From a virus (taxonomy: Duplodnaviria; Caudoviricetes), in the IMG/VR virus record IMGVR_UViG_3300026549_000075, positions 6,350-70,349 of that record: a stretch of 64,000 bases of DNA; one strand, written 5' to 3'. A model generated the notes under the pieces. The model made no database searches and had not been told where the DNA came from. It worked only from the letters and a program-made list of their open reading frames with translations. Shown one piece after another: positions 29,551 to 43,723 of the stretch (positions are counted from its first letter, which is position 1; every line of letters begins with the position of its first letter). The translations under genes and the position numbers were made by a program.

Positions 29551-29882
29551 TGAGAAAATTAATTCTCGAAGAAGATGAAGTTGTTGAGCAGATTCCTCAA
29601 GATTTATCATCATCTAACTTAATTACTACATTAATCAAAAATGCTTGAGATTCTGTAGATTTATATAGCTCGGTATTAGTTACATTACAGCAGAATGGTG
29701 ATGATAACGTTACATCTATAATTGATGATATTATTAGTAGTTTGTATATTAATATTGGTCAATTAGAAAGTGCATTGCAGGAAGTAAATGATAAAGCTCA
29801 AATTATAGATGATGTAAAAGATGATTCCGAATTAGGTGAAGTTATAGTACCAAATGAGGATGTTCAGGTAGATATTAGTTAA
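29550..29882 (+). CDS. 110-aa acidic hypothetical protein (1 TGA=W)
   Basis: TAATG overlap, AGGAGG RBS, MRKLILEE... to TAA. Confidence 0.7.
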
Positions 29883-29892
29883 GGAGAAGCAT

Positions 29893-30330
29893 ATGGAGTT
29901 CTTAAATCAATCCTGAGGTTATATTGTAGGTGCAATCGGTGTTATAACTTTATTATGAAACTTTAAAAAGTTAGTTAAAGATATTAAGACAGATATCTCT
30001 AAACCATTCACAGATATGAATACAAAGATTGATAATTTATCTAAAGATTTAAATGAAAAGGTTGATAAGTTATCTGATAAGATAGATGTAGTTCAAGATA
30101 ATGATGCTATGACACGTAGAGCACTGTTGACTATGCAGAGAAATTCTTTATTGAGATCGTGTGAGGATTTTATAGGAAGAGGCTTTGCGACAATAAACGA
30201 AAAAGAAACAATTAGTAGTCAGTATGAATCATATCATGAATTAGGAGGAGATTCCTTTGTCACTGATTTGGTTAATCAAGTAATCGATTTACCTCTTAAA
30301 AAACAAATAACTGCTGATACTAATAAGTAA
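29893..30330 (+). CDS. Holin-like membrane protein (N-terminal TM + coiled coil + YHELGGDS..LP domain); 2 TGA=W flanking the TM helix
   Basis: AAGGAG RBS; MEFLNQS-W-GYIVGAIGVITLL-W-NFKK joins the track ORF at 30016. The C-terminus resembles small proteins found next to Firmicutes phage lysis genes. Confidence 0.55.
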
Positions 30331-30344
30331 GGAAGGAGAATTTA

Positions 30345-31286
30345 ATGTCAGATAATTTTGAAAGATTAAAACAATTATTATCTGGTGGAGTGACTCCTGA
30401 TGAATGTCTATTTTGTGATGGCAATGATGATAATTTATTAATTATAGGTGGAACTAAGTCTCAGACATTTAATTTACCATTTGAATATAGCTGTATTAAA
30501 AAGCTAGTAATAGTTTATGTTCAGAATGACAACATAGTTTTAAAGAAGGTTCTTGATGATACTTATGTTTCATCATTTGATGATTCATTATTATATTTTA
30601 CTTTAAGTGAAAAAGAGACTTATTTATTTGAGAAAGGTCCTATTCAATCTCAAATGAAAGTTGAATTACTTAATGGAAGTATAATTGTATCTGATATATT
30701 TAATTTATTTGCAGTTGATACTTTAGATAAAGCTTATTTTGTTGATGATGAATTGGAGTTATGTCCAGTTCAAGTTGAAGTATCAAGACAAAATGTTAAA
30801 GCTAAAGAGAATTCAATTGTAGTTGCTGGAAGTGAAGAATTATATAAGTGTAAATTTGAATTTGATTCTTCATGAGATAAATTTTCAAAAATAGCATTTT
30901 TTAAAGACGAGTATAATCATATTATAGGTAGTCTAATTGATAATAAGACTTGCATTATACCAGTTGATGTACTAGGTGGTCCTGGTAGATTATATGTTGG
31001 TGTATTAGGCGAGTATAATGGAAAAATAAGTAAACCGACTGAATGATCAAATTCAGTTAGAATAAATAATAGTACTAACCTTATTAATCCTTCAAATTCT
31101 ATTATAAGTTTACCACAAGCAACTGAAACAACTCCTGGTATTATGAAGTTGTATCAAGAGTTTGGTGATAATACTGATGGGGCTGTAAGCCAGAAGGTTG
31201 TTACCGGTGGACTTAAAGCTATTAAGTTTAGTGTTCTTGAAGATGATGATAAGTGTTTAGTTTTAGATTCAATTTGGAGTGAATAG
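30345..31286 (+). CDS. Baseplate/tail accessory protein (BppU-like), 313 aa (2 TGA=W)
   Basis: KCKFEFDSS-W-DKFSKIAFF..TCIIPVDVL..RLYVGVLG; LPQATETTPGIMKLY..GDNTDGAVSQK. Confidence 0.6.
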
Positions 31287-31296
31287 GAGACATTTA

Positions 31297-32121
31297 ATGC
31301 CAGTAAGAAGAGACATAAATTTTAACGCGGGTTTCACTGGTTGTGAAGACAGAATGGCTATTCTTAGGAATGCAACTGTACCACGTAAATTAGACGATTT
31401 TACTGAAATAGAACCAGCTGAGATTGACACAAATATGTATGTGTATGTTGATAATGCTGGTAAAGGTGAAAAAATAAAATTAGGAAACATTATAGATACA
31501 TCTGCTTCTCAACCTGATTGAGATGAAGATGACGAAGCAAGTTATTCTTATATTAGAAATAAACCAGACTTATATTTAAAAGAAGATTTAATATCTCTTT
31601 ATAATGTAGGTGGTGTTAAAGCTGGAGATATTTTTGAAAAGGGTACTTCTTTGTATGATATTATAAGGTCTATATTATCAGCTATTGAACCTACTGAAGG
31701 AATTAGATTTGGTGTAATTAATGAAATTCCAGAGTGGTCTGGTGAATTTATTACTAACAATTTAATTTCTATAGAGGAATATTTAGGAATTGATTCTGGA
31801 ATTGGTCTTTCAAGATTGCTTGGTGAAGGTTTATCTTTAAATTTTAAAGCTTCAAATCAATTTTATGTATTAGCAGTTCCTTCTAATGCTGGTATAGAAG
31901 TTAGTGAAGTACTTCAGGAAGGCCTTAAACTTAATTTTGTTTATCTTAAAGGTGTAGTTAAAGCTGAAAATGCCTACGGTAATATTGTAAATATTTGGGA
32001 TGTTTGCTTACCAACTGTAGAGACGTTCCCAGATCAAGATCCTGAGTATGCAAGAACAACAACTCCATCTAATGGATACACAATTACATATAGATTTAAA
32101 GAGGTTAAGGAGTCCAACTAG
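31297..32121 (+). CDS. Tail-associated protein (1 TGA=W)
   Basis: SQPD-W-DEDDEASYSYIRNKP fibre-type motif joins the track ORFs 31279 and 31651. Confidence 0.65.
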
Positions 32122-32123
32122 TT

Positions 32124-34961
32124 ATGATTAATTTAATACAAGGATTTAATATAAGTTCTCCACTTCCAATTGATGGTAGAATATTATTGTCTAGAGCTGA
32201 AATGGCTTCTATTGATGATAATGTTATGCCTGATAGATATTTTTGTATCTGTGAAGAAGATGGTCTTTTATATTTATATGATAAAACAGCTGAAGTCAGT
32301 GAATTAGGTAGATTCCATAAAGCAGTTCCTGAAAAGACTAGCCAGATAGAGAATGATGGAAATGGTGATTTAGATTCTGAGGGTAACGCTGATAAGTTTG
32401 ACACTGTATCAAGTGTTGATTCTAAGATAGCTACTTTAGATAAAAAAGTTAGTGATAACTTCATCGATAATAATGAGTTAGTTACTGCTTTAGAACCATA
32501 CTCATTAAAAGTTGCTACTGGTAGATCTCTTAAATTAGAATCAGATACATCAACTCATACATATACAATTAAATTATTAAATGATGCTGGAACAGTTTTA
32601 GGTGATCCTGTTGTTATTGATTTACCTGTTGAGTCATTAGTTATGAATGTTGCATATGATTCAGCAACTCAATCAATTATTATTACTCTTGAAAATGGTA
32701 CTCAAACATCTGTACCAATTGGTTCATTAATTAGTGGTCTTGTAAATGAAAGCACATTTAATGCCCATACAGGAAATACAACAGTTCATACAAATTCTGC
32801 AGAAAAAAGTAGCTGGAATGCTAAATATGATAAGCCATCAAGTGGAATTCCTTTAAATGATTTATCATTAGGAGTTAAAAATTCTTTATCAAAAGCAGAT
32901 GAATCAATTTCTGCTAATTATTTAGGTTCTCATAGATATATTAATACATTTGATTTTCCTAATTATGTTGTAGCTGGTGAGAATGTATTTATTGATCAAG
33001 AAAATGGTAAGAATATAATTAGTGCTAAAGATACAACATATATGGCCGGTAGAGGTATTCGTATTTCATCTGGTTCAGATGGTGGAGAAGATTCGCATAG
33101 TGCAGTAATGTATATTAGTACAAATACTGCTAATCCTACATGGGTAGATATTGATAGTGAAACTGGCAAAGAGCCAATGGATAATGAAGCTCTTGCAGCT
33201 TTATTTAATGCTAAACAAGATAAGATAAGCGATGGTACTACAATTAGTGCTGATAGTGTTGTCGATACAAATTCAACACATAAATTTGTAACAACTGCTG
33301 AAAAGAATACATGAAATGCTAAGCAGAATGCAATTTCAGCTTCTAATAAGATAAGTGCTGATCATGTTGACGATACTTCAACAACTCATAAGTTTGTCTC
33401 TGCTTCTGAAAAGACAACTTGGAATGGTAAACAAAATAAGATTACTTCTACTAATTTATTATCTTATTCATTAGTTGAAGGTTTATCTACAGTTGCTCAT
33501 TCAGGCTCTTATACAGACTTATCTGATAAGCCAACTCTTTCAACAGTTGCAGCTACAGGAGCTTATTCTGATTTAACTGGTAAACCAGCAATTAATAATG
33601 GTACATTAACAATTGGTGTTTCATTAGGTGCTCCAGAAGCTATTTCAACTGGCAATACATTTACAGCTAACCAAAGTGGAAATACAACATTAAATATTAA
33701 GGTTCCTAATAATACTAACCAGTTAACAAATGGTGCTAATTTCCAGAGCGCAACTCAAGTATCATCTGCAATTAGTACGCATAACTCAAGTTCAACTGCA
33801 CACAGTGATATTCGTGCATTAATTACAGGAACTGATGGAGCTAATGCTAAGATTTCAGCTATTGAAGGTAAAATTCCATCTGCTGCAAGTACAACAAATC
33901 AGTTAGCAGATAAACAATTTGTTAATGATTCTATTTCAACTTCAACAGCAACATTTAGAGGAACAGTTACAGCAACTGCTGATACAGAAGCTGCTGCACA
34001 GACAGCTTTAAGTAGCATTACAACAAAAGATGCTAATGATTATGCTTTTGTTCAGTGCACAGATTCCGCTGGTAATACTAAGTATAAGAGATATAAATAT
34101 AATAGTTCAGCTTGGGTATTTGAATATGCATTGAATAATAGTTCATTTACAGCTGCGCAGTGAAGTACTATTAATTCAGGTGTTACATCTGCAATGCTTC
34201 CAACAGGTTCTGCAGCACCTTCTTCTACTAATAAGCTAGCAACTGCAACTGATATTTCAACTCTTAATACAGCGATCAATGGAAAACAAGCCACTCTTGT
34301 TGCTGGTACGAATATTAAGACAATAAATAGTTCAAGTATTTTAGGTAGTGGTAATTTGGATGTTGGTAAAGTTACAGAGGTGTCTGTTGTAGGTACAACT
34401 CCTATAATTGTTGGGCAAGCTTCTGGTCATACTGCAATAACTCCTAAATACTCAATTACACATGCTACATCTCTTTCGAGTGCGCAAGGATTTGGTCCAT
34501 CAGCTGATGCTACATTAGCTCCTGGTTCTTCATTTAATGTTCCTAATGTAACATTTAATACATATGGTCATGCTACAGCAGGTGCAAATAGATCTATTAC
34601 TATACCTGGTATAGCAACAGACAGAGGCTTAGCCGTAATAAGTGATAATAATGTAGGAATTAAAACAGTGCAAATAACAATACCAGCAAATGCTACATGA
34701 ACAGCTGCGTCTGGATCTGCTGGTCAGATCGGTTATTACTACACTTATTCTACAAATGCAAGTGGAGTTCTTGCACATATAACAACTAATAGCCAGCCAG
34801 TTTTAGGTGTTGATATGTCATCTGTAGCAAATGCGAGTGAAATTGATGCTGTAAATGAAGCATGGAGTAAGATATACAGAGCTGTTACACAAACTAGAGG
34901 CATAAGATTCTATTCTACGGAGAAGCTTACAACAGCATTAACAATTAACGTGAAAGGTTAA
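32124..34961 (+). CDS. Tail fibre-like protein, 945 aa (3 TGA=W)
   Basis: One frame under code 4; DTxSTHKFV..EK.TWN.KQ repeat; VA.SGSYTDLSDKP / VA.TGAYSDLTGKP repeats. Confidence 0.75.
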
Positions 34962-34974
34962 TAGGTAATATAAT

Positions 34975-37900
34975 ATGGCAGATACTATAAAAACAGTAAA
35001 TAAAACACGATTAAGCAACGGAGAAATAAGGTATTATGAAGATTCATTTGCCCGTGAAAACATTGCTGAATTAAATACTACAGTTAACGATATATCTGTC
35101 GAAGTTGATACAAAGCAAAATAAACTGATTGCTGGGGATAACATCTTGATTGAAGGGGATGTTATCTCCGCTTCAGCTACTTCAGATTATAACAAATTAG
35201 AAAATAAGCCTACTCTTAATGGAAAAGAAATTGTAGGAGATTTATCAACAAATGATTTAGATATTAAAACCTCAGAATTGATAAATGATGAGGGTTTTTT
35301 AGTAAGTGAGAATGTTACACCTGGTGATGGAATTAATGTTGAGACAGATTCTGAAGGAAATGTCGTAATTTCTAATACAAATTTCTCTGCTGTATGAGGA
35401 AATATTAGAGGAAATATAGATGATCAACAAGATCTTCAAAATGAATTTGCAACAAAACAACATGTTCTTACAGCAGGTGATTATATAACTATTGAAGATG
35501 ATAGTGAAGGGAATACTGTCATTTCTACTCCTGGTGGAGATTATAATAAATTAGATAATAAGCCAACTATTGATGGACATACTATTCAAGGTGACATGAG
35601 TGCCTCTGAATTGATTAATTTTGGCAGTATTGGTGTATCATCATTTATTAATGATGCTAAATATGTCACTGTTACAGGTCCAACTGATAGTTTACAGGCA
35701 CATAATCAAGACCAAGGAGCTCATGCTGATATCCGTCAAGCAATAAATACTGAAGTTGGTAATAGAGAATCAGCAGATATAAATTTACAAGAGCAGATTG
35801 ATGCATTATCAAGTTCATCAGATGTCATAGACATTTTAGGTTCATATGCAGAACTTCAAAGATATGACACATCTCATGTAAAAGAGAATGATATAATTAA
35901 AGTTATTCAAGATGAAACTAGAGAAAATGCTGTAGTTTATTATAGATGAGTATTAGATTTAGATTCTGAAGGTAATCCAGAATATGATTCAGAGGGAAAT
36001 AGAATTGGTCACTGGGAATTTATTGGTGAACAAGGTCCATATTATACTTCATCTCAAGTTGACGATAAGTTTGTTCCTCAGTTAAGAAAGATTAATAATA
36101 AACCATTAAATCAGGATATAACTTTACATTATAGCGATTTAGGTCAGATTCCTGATGATGCTATACTTTCAGATGCTAAAGTAATATTTAAAGTAAATGC
36201 TGATGAAGTTGTGGTTGGTACTGATTCTAATGGTAATCCTATAATTCAACCAGATGCTAATTCAGGCGAAACTGTTGGTATCATTACACTGAACCAATCA
36301 GGTGATGGGGTTATTAATTATAAGATTCCTAAGAATGTTAATGAATTAACAGGTTATGATACATTAGCTCTCAAGGATAATTATTATACAAAGTCAGAAA
36401 CTGATTTAGCTTTATCTGCTAAGCAGAATAATTTAATAGCTGGAAACAGGATTAATATTACTAATGATACAGTTTCATTTGAAGACTATGCAGCTGGAAC
36501 TGGCATTAATATTATCAATGGTACTGTATCAGTAGATCAAAGTGTTATACCATCTCAAACAGAGTTAGATAATGAATTAGCTAAAAAGCAAGATCTTTTA
36601 ACTGCTGGAATTGGAATAAATATTGAAGAAACATCTGAAGGTTCAGTTGTTATTTCAAATACTAATAGATCTGCAGAATGAGGTAATGTTTCTGGTACAT
36701 TAAGTGATCAGATAGATTTACAGAATGCTTTAAATGCAAAGCAAAATAACCTCACAGCTGGAGAGAATATATCAATAGTTAATGATACAATATCAGCTAC
36801 AGATACTACTTACACAGCTGGAAATGGTTTATCATTAACAGGAACTGAATTTAGTATAGATGATACTGTTACAGCAACTAAAACTGATCTTAATTCAAAA
36901 CAAAATGTTCTTACAGCTGGTACAAATATAGAGATAGCTAATGATGTTATAAGTTTTAAGAATTCAGATGGTTATATTTCAAGTGTTTCATGGGGAGATA
37001 TCAAGGGCACTCTTGCAAACCAAAATGATTTGAATATAGCCTTATTAGGAAAACAGGATGCTATTTCAGATCTGTCTCAAATTAGATCTGGTGCAGCTTT
37101 AGGTGCAACATCAGTACAACCTGAAGATTTAATACAAGGTTCAGGTATATCTATTACAAAAGATACAAGTACTGGTAGTATAACAATTGCCAATACCCAA
37201 ACATCTGCAGAATGAGGTAATATCCAAGGAAATATTTCTAGTCAAATTGATTTACAGGATGCTTTGGATGATAAAGTTGATAAAGTAACTGGTATGGGAT
37301 TATCTCAAAACAGTTATACAACAATTGAAAAGGATAAATTAGCAGGAATTGATAGTGGTGCCCAAGTAAACGTAATTGAATCTATTTCAAAGAATGGTAC
37401 AGCACTTGCAATATCTAATAAGAATGTAGATATAACAGTTCCTACAAAAACCTCTGATTTAACAAATGATGGTAATGGAGCAACTCCTTCTGATCCATTT
37501 GCTACAGAGTCGGATGTTAATGCTGTAGATACAAAATTAACAAATCTTGAAACAATAGTTGATGATATTATATCAACTGGTGGTGAACCAAATACAATTA
37601 ATCACATTCAAAAGAATGGTGTTGAGTTACCTATAACTAATAAGACTGTTAATGTAACAGTTCCTACAAAAGTTAGTGATCTTACAAACGATACTGGTTT
37701 CGGTACAATTACTGAAGTTACAGCAGGTTCTGGTCTCACTGGTGGTGGTACAACTGGATCGATCAGTTTAGGTCATAGTAATTCAATAACAGCTCAAACA
37801 ACTTCAGGATTATATCCTATTAAGATAGATGCCCAAGGTCATATTACAGAGTATGGTGAAGCCCTTGATCTTCATGAAATGGTAATATTAAGATATGGCA

Positions 37901-40455
37901 TTAGTACATGAAGTGACTTTATTGATGCTTATAGACATAATGCTATTGTGTACTGTCGTGCCAGCTCTAATTTAAATCCAGCCTCAGGATCTCAGACTCG
38001 TATGGCATTTATGGCATACGTAAATAATGCTGATAATCCAACTAACGTTGAGTTCCAATACTATAGATCAATGTCTAGTCATACATTTGCTTCACAGGGT
38101 GACGAAGTCTATGTCTATAAACTGGAAAGTAATAATAACTGAAGTGTAACTGTAAGAAAAGCTTATTCGAAAGTTGATACTGAAAAGGGTTTAGCATACA
38201 CATTTTCTGGCGGGACTTCTTCAGAAGTTAAATTAAAAGCAAATTTACAATCTGAAACAAAATTGTCAAATGATTCAGCAGCTGCAACAGAAGTTTCAGG
38301 TAGAGTTTATCCAGTTGCACTTGACAAGTCTGGTTATTTAGCAGTTAATGTTCCATGAACAGATTCAGTAAATGATGTAAAGGTCAATGGTACATCTATA
38401 TTATCATCTGGAGTTGCTGATTTAATTACTAACACAGCATACGATTCCACAGATAATAAGATAGCAACAATGTCAGATGTATCATCTATGGGTACTGTAA
38501 AGAGCGTACAAGTAGCTGCAACAGGACCTATTCAATCAAGTCAAAATACATCTCAAACTGAAACACTAAGTACAACAATATCATTAGCAGATGCCTATGG
38601 TGATACAAAGAATCCTTATGGATCGAAGACAAAGAATTTTATATTAGCAGCTCCAAGTAATGCTAATGGTACTCCTTCATTTAGAGCATTAACAACTGCT
38701 GATATTCCTAATATAACTGTCTCAAAGATCAGTGATTTTCCAACTATTCCTGATAAGACATCTGATCTAACAAATGATTCTGATTTTATTTCAGATTCTT
38801 CATACGTACATACAGATAATAATTTTACAACAGTATTAAAGAATAAATTAGATGGAATAGCAGCTGGTGCAGAAGTTAACGTTAAAGCTGATTGAAATGA
38901 AACGGATTCAACATCGGATGCATATATTAAAAATAAACCATCTATTCCTGAAGGTGCTTCAGCAGGTACTACAGTTACAGCAGTTGGTACTACAGCTGTA
39001 GTAGGTACTAGTACAAGCTTTGCTAGAGAGGATCATGTTCATAATATAACTTCTTCTACTATAACAAGCGCATTAGGATTTACTCCTTATAATAGCACTA
39101 ATCCTAATGGATATCAAACATCTTCACAAGTAAGTACTGCTGTTTCAGGTGAAGCAACATTAAGAACAAACGCTGATGCAGATTTGCAATCTCAGATTGA
39201 TGCATTAAGTGCTTCGTCAGACGTTGTAGATGTTGTTGGAACATACGCTGATTTACAGGATTATGATACCACAACATTGCATAATAATGCTATTATAAAA
39301 GTATTAAATGACAGTACCCATGATAACTCAATAGGATATTTTAGATGAGTTATTACCAGTGGTACTGGATCATGGAGTTATATAGGTGCTGAAGGACCTT
39401 ATTACACTGTATCAGAAACAGATGCTTTATTGGATGATTATGTACCAACATCCAGAAAAGTTGGAGCAGTAGATTTAAGTGCAAATGTAACGTTATCTGG
39501 TTCATTCAGTGGAACTTCTAAATCAATTTCAGTATCAGGTACTCCTACAGGTAATATTACAATAAGTAAAGGTACTGGTACTGCAAATTATACTCCATCC
39601 GGTAGTAATGCAAAATCAGCAGTTACAATAAGTCCTAAAACAACTAGTGTATATTCTATTACTAGTGTAGGTTCTAAAACAAATGGTACAGCTGCTTCAT
39701 TTAAACAAGGAACTGATACTTTTACTGCTAATACTCCTACAGTTATAGATACTTCTAAATTTAGTGGAGGATCATTTACAAGAGGATCATTCTCTGGTGG
39801 ATCATTCACTCAAGGAACAGACAGTTTTACTGCTAATGTTCCTACGAAGATAGATACTTCTAAATTTAGTGGTGGCTCATTTACTAGAGGTTCATTTAGT
39901 GGAGGTTCATTTACACAAGGAACAGATAATTTTACTGCTCCAGTGTTAACATTTACACCTAATAGTTCAACCGGTAATTTGACTATATCTTGATCAGCTG
40001 GTTCATTTGTACAAGGATCAGATTCTTATACAGCTGCAACACATGATGCGGATTCATTTACAGCAGCGTCACTAGGTACAGGATTCTATACTGTTGGTTC
40101 GGCAGCTAAATTCACTCAAGGTTCAGATTCATTTACTGCTGCAACTCATGGTAATGACAGCTTCACTGCTGCTAAATTAAATTCTGGTTTCTATACTGCT
40201 GGTTCCGCTGCTAGTTTCTCACAAGGTGAAGATGAGTTTACTGCGAATACTCCTACTTCCGTTACATTACCTGAAAGATCACAAGTTACTGGATTATGGA
40301 ATGGTTACAATACAGGCGCAGATAATACATATGCTGCTGCACAGACTTTCACTGGAGATGGAGCAGAATTAAAGGGTACATTCTCTGGAACTTCATTCAC
40401 TTCCACAGGAACCTACAAACCAGAAGGATCTGTAACAGTTACAGCTAGTCATTAA
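34975..40455 (+). CDS. Giant tail fibre/adhesin-like protein, 1826 aa (many TGA=W)
   Basis: Eight track ORFs lie in one frame and the gaps were translated by hand with no TAA/TAG. Repeats WG.I.G....Q.DLQ, KQ..L.AG..I.I and VP.KTSDLTND. Confidence 0.8.
39706..39940 (+). repeat. 105-bp (35-aa) tandem repeat, ~2.3 copies (QGTDxFTANxPTxIDTSKFSGGSFTRGSFSGGSFT)
   Basis: Units start at 39706, 39811 and 39916. Confidence 0.85.
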
Positions 40456-40465
40456 GGAGATTTAA

Positions 40466-41398
40466 ATGGCAACATATAATCAAAGTCAAATGACACTCCC
40501 TTCAGGAGATGTAGTAAAATTTATAGATAATACAAGTGGTTACACCAAAAATACAGGTACTATCACCGGAGTTACTGCTGGTACAGGACTTTCCGGTGGT
40601 GGTACCTCTGGTGCTGTCACTTTAAATCATAGCAACAGTGTAACTGCTCAGAATACACAGGCTGTCTATCCTATTAAAATAGATGCTCAAGGACATATCA
40701 GTGCATATGGTAGTGCTGTTACAATTCCATCAGCAGTTACTGAATCAACTGTAAGTGGTTGAGGATTTACTAAAAATACAGGTACAATAACAGGCGTAAC
40801 AGGAAGTAATGGTCTTACAGGTTCAGGAACTTCTGGATCAGTTACTATTTCACATGCTGCTCCTTCAACATCTCCTGCAAAAACAACATCTGCAGTATAT
40901 CCTATTACAATAGATAAGTATGGACATATATTGACTGCAGGATCAGCAGTTACAATTCCTGCTGCTGTAGCAGTTAAAGGTAATGCTGAAACATCATATA
41001 GAACAGGAAATGTTAACTTAACACCTGCTAATATCGGTGCTGCTACAAGTGATCATACTCATACAACTTCATTAGCAACATCGACAGGTACAAGTACTAT
41101 AACATTGGCGCACGGCAGTAAGTATCAATTAACTGCTGGTGGTACTAGTGTTATATTTACTATGCCAGCAGATTCAAATACAGATACTAAGGTAACAAAT
41201 ACATTAGCAACTACAACAAAGTATTATGTTACAGGTACAACTTCATCAAGTACGAATACAGGAACACAATCATTTGACTCTGGAATCTATTCAACAACAA
41301 CAGCAGGTCAATTAAATGCTACAACTTATCTTGTTAATGAAAAGGTAAGATTAGAATATAATTCAACAACAAAAAGTTTAGATTTCATATTTGTTTAG
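40466..41398 (+). CDS. Tail fibre-related protein, 310 aa (1 TGA=W)
   Basis: Two copies of GTITGVT.S.GL.G.GTSG.VT..H...YPI.ID..GHI, also present in the 34975 protein. Confidence 0.75.
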
Positions 41399-41411
41399 GA
41401 GGTAGTTAGAT

Positions 41412-43706
41412 ATGGCATTGAGAGTTTGATTGCCTCTTAATGGATCAGTTGAAAATAAAGGAATTAGCAATACTACAATGTCAGGAAGTCCTGCTTCTTG
41501 AGGTAATGGTAAGATAGGTAAGTGTGCAACGTTTACAGGTAATGTAGGTAATGTAATTTATAATAATACAACTGATTATAATTATACTGATAAATTTAGT
41601 TGAGCAGTATGAATTAATACTAATTTTACAGGTACAACTTCCCAATTCGCTTTTACAAATGGTAGAGCTGATGCTGGTGGATACGGTTATGGTTTACAAT
41701 GTTCAAATGCTACAACGTGTAATATTAGATTTGGAAGTCAAAGTTTTGGAGTTGCTGTAACTGGTGGTGAGTGAACTCATTTAGCATTTACTAAAAGTGG
41801 AACGTCTATAAAAGTTTATAAAAATGGTTCTATTGTAACTGATACTACATTTTCAGGAACTTTACCTACATATAGTGATGGTAATGGATTAGGTTTAGGA
41901 TGTTTTCATTATTCAGGAAATATTTATCCATTTTATGGTTCATTAAATGATTTTAGAATATATGATCACTGCTTATCTCCAAAAGAAGTTAAAGAGATTT
42001 CGCAAGGCTTGGTACTTCATTATAAATTAGACGGATGGAGCGGTGGCGCTGGGGAGAATTTATTAAGTAAATATGTTACTCCAGGTCAACAAAATCCAGG
42101 GGCAACTTCTAGTGCCGGAAGAACTAATTATTATGGAGATTATGGAATTATAATTCCAGCAACTGAAAACGCAGATACTTATTTTAGATTATTTACTAAT
42201 ACACAATTACAGCAAAACGCTCAATACACAATTAGTTGTGAAGCTTCAGGTTTATCTTCTGGAACATATTATAATTTTCCACTGTATGCTCAAAATAATA
42301 CTTCAATGGGTGTTTTAAGAATAGACCATAATGGTATATGTTCTTTAACTTTTACTATGACTTATGCTACTCAGACAGCTATGACAGTTGATGGTAAAAC
42401 AGTTTATTTATGTTTTATGGATGATTCAGCAAGAACATTGGCAAGTGGTCAAGGAGCAATTACTATTAAAAATTTTAAAATAGAAAAAGGCTCAAAAGCA
42501 ACACAATGATCACCTGCTCCACAGGATTTAGGCATAGATACTACAAAAATAACTGATTCATCTGGTTATGGAAATGATGGTACGATAATAGGAACCTTAA
42601 GTACTGAAAGTGATTCTGATAGGTATGAAATAAGTACTCATTATCCAGGTTCATCTTACACTGACACTGGATCTGGAACATTTAATTGATTTGATTTTTC
42701 TCAATGTACATTATCAGCTTGAATAAAACCAACTGCTTCAGTTTCTGGTTGAAGTGGATCAATAGGTGTTCAACATAATCAAAATGCAGGCCATAAAGGA
42801 TTTACAATAACAGATTATGCTAATAATTTTAGAGTAGTTACTGTTAATGGTTCTTATACTACAATAGATTCAGGAAAACAACTTACAGTTGGTGAATGAC
42901 ATCATTGTGCTGCAGTACTAAATGGTACTAATTTAAAAATGTACTATGATGGCGCTATGGTGAAGGAATCAACAGTATCATGAGGATCTGCTGCTATAGC
43001 TACTGACATGAGATTTGCAACTGGGGTTGATTTTCCAGGAAGTGATGAAATGTTTACTGGAAATTATTCTGATATAAGAATGTATTGTACAGCTCTTTCT
43101 GCTGAAGATATTTTAGATTTATATCATACTTCAGCTAATATAGATGATCTATATAATATTCATTCTTTTGAGTATAATGAAATTTTTACATCAAATTTAT
43201 ATGATTTTTCTGCTCCGTGGACTTATGAAAATTTAACTGGCTCTACTGTTGATACAGATATGGGGCAGGCAATAAAGTTAGTTACATCAAGTACAAATCA
43301 AAGAGCATACAAGAATGTTAGTAATATATGAACAACTAGTGGTAAACAATTTGTAGTTTCTTTTATCGCAAAATCAGATATTGAAGGAATTACTTGTGAT
43401 ATGTCAAGATCAATAGCTGATTTTACAGATAAATTTACTCTTTCAACTAAATGAAAGAGATACACTGGTACAATAACTGTTACGTCTACAAGTACAGGTG
43501 GAACACTTAGTTTTAGAATAAATCAGTCTGGAGCAACTGTATATATACTCGGCGTAAAGTTGGAGGAAGCTAATAAGAATTTAATATCAGCTACAAAACA
43601 AGGTGAGCTTTTAGAAAATAATATAGATGAAATTGAGTATTTAACAATAAGTAAATTTAAGAAAGAATCAAGTAATATTATTGCTAAAGATTTTATAGAG
43701 AAGTAA
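41412..43706 (+). CDS. LamG/concanavalin-A-like receptor-binding tail protein, 764 aa (13 TGA=W)
   Basis: RV-W-LPLNG; GE-W-THLAFT..IKVYKNG..GSLNDFRIYDHCLS; second LamG domain W-HHCAAVLNG..YYDG..YSDIRMYCTALS. Confidence 0.8.
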
Positions 43707-43723
43707 GGAGTGTATAATATATT

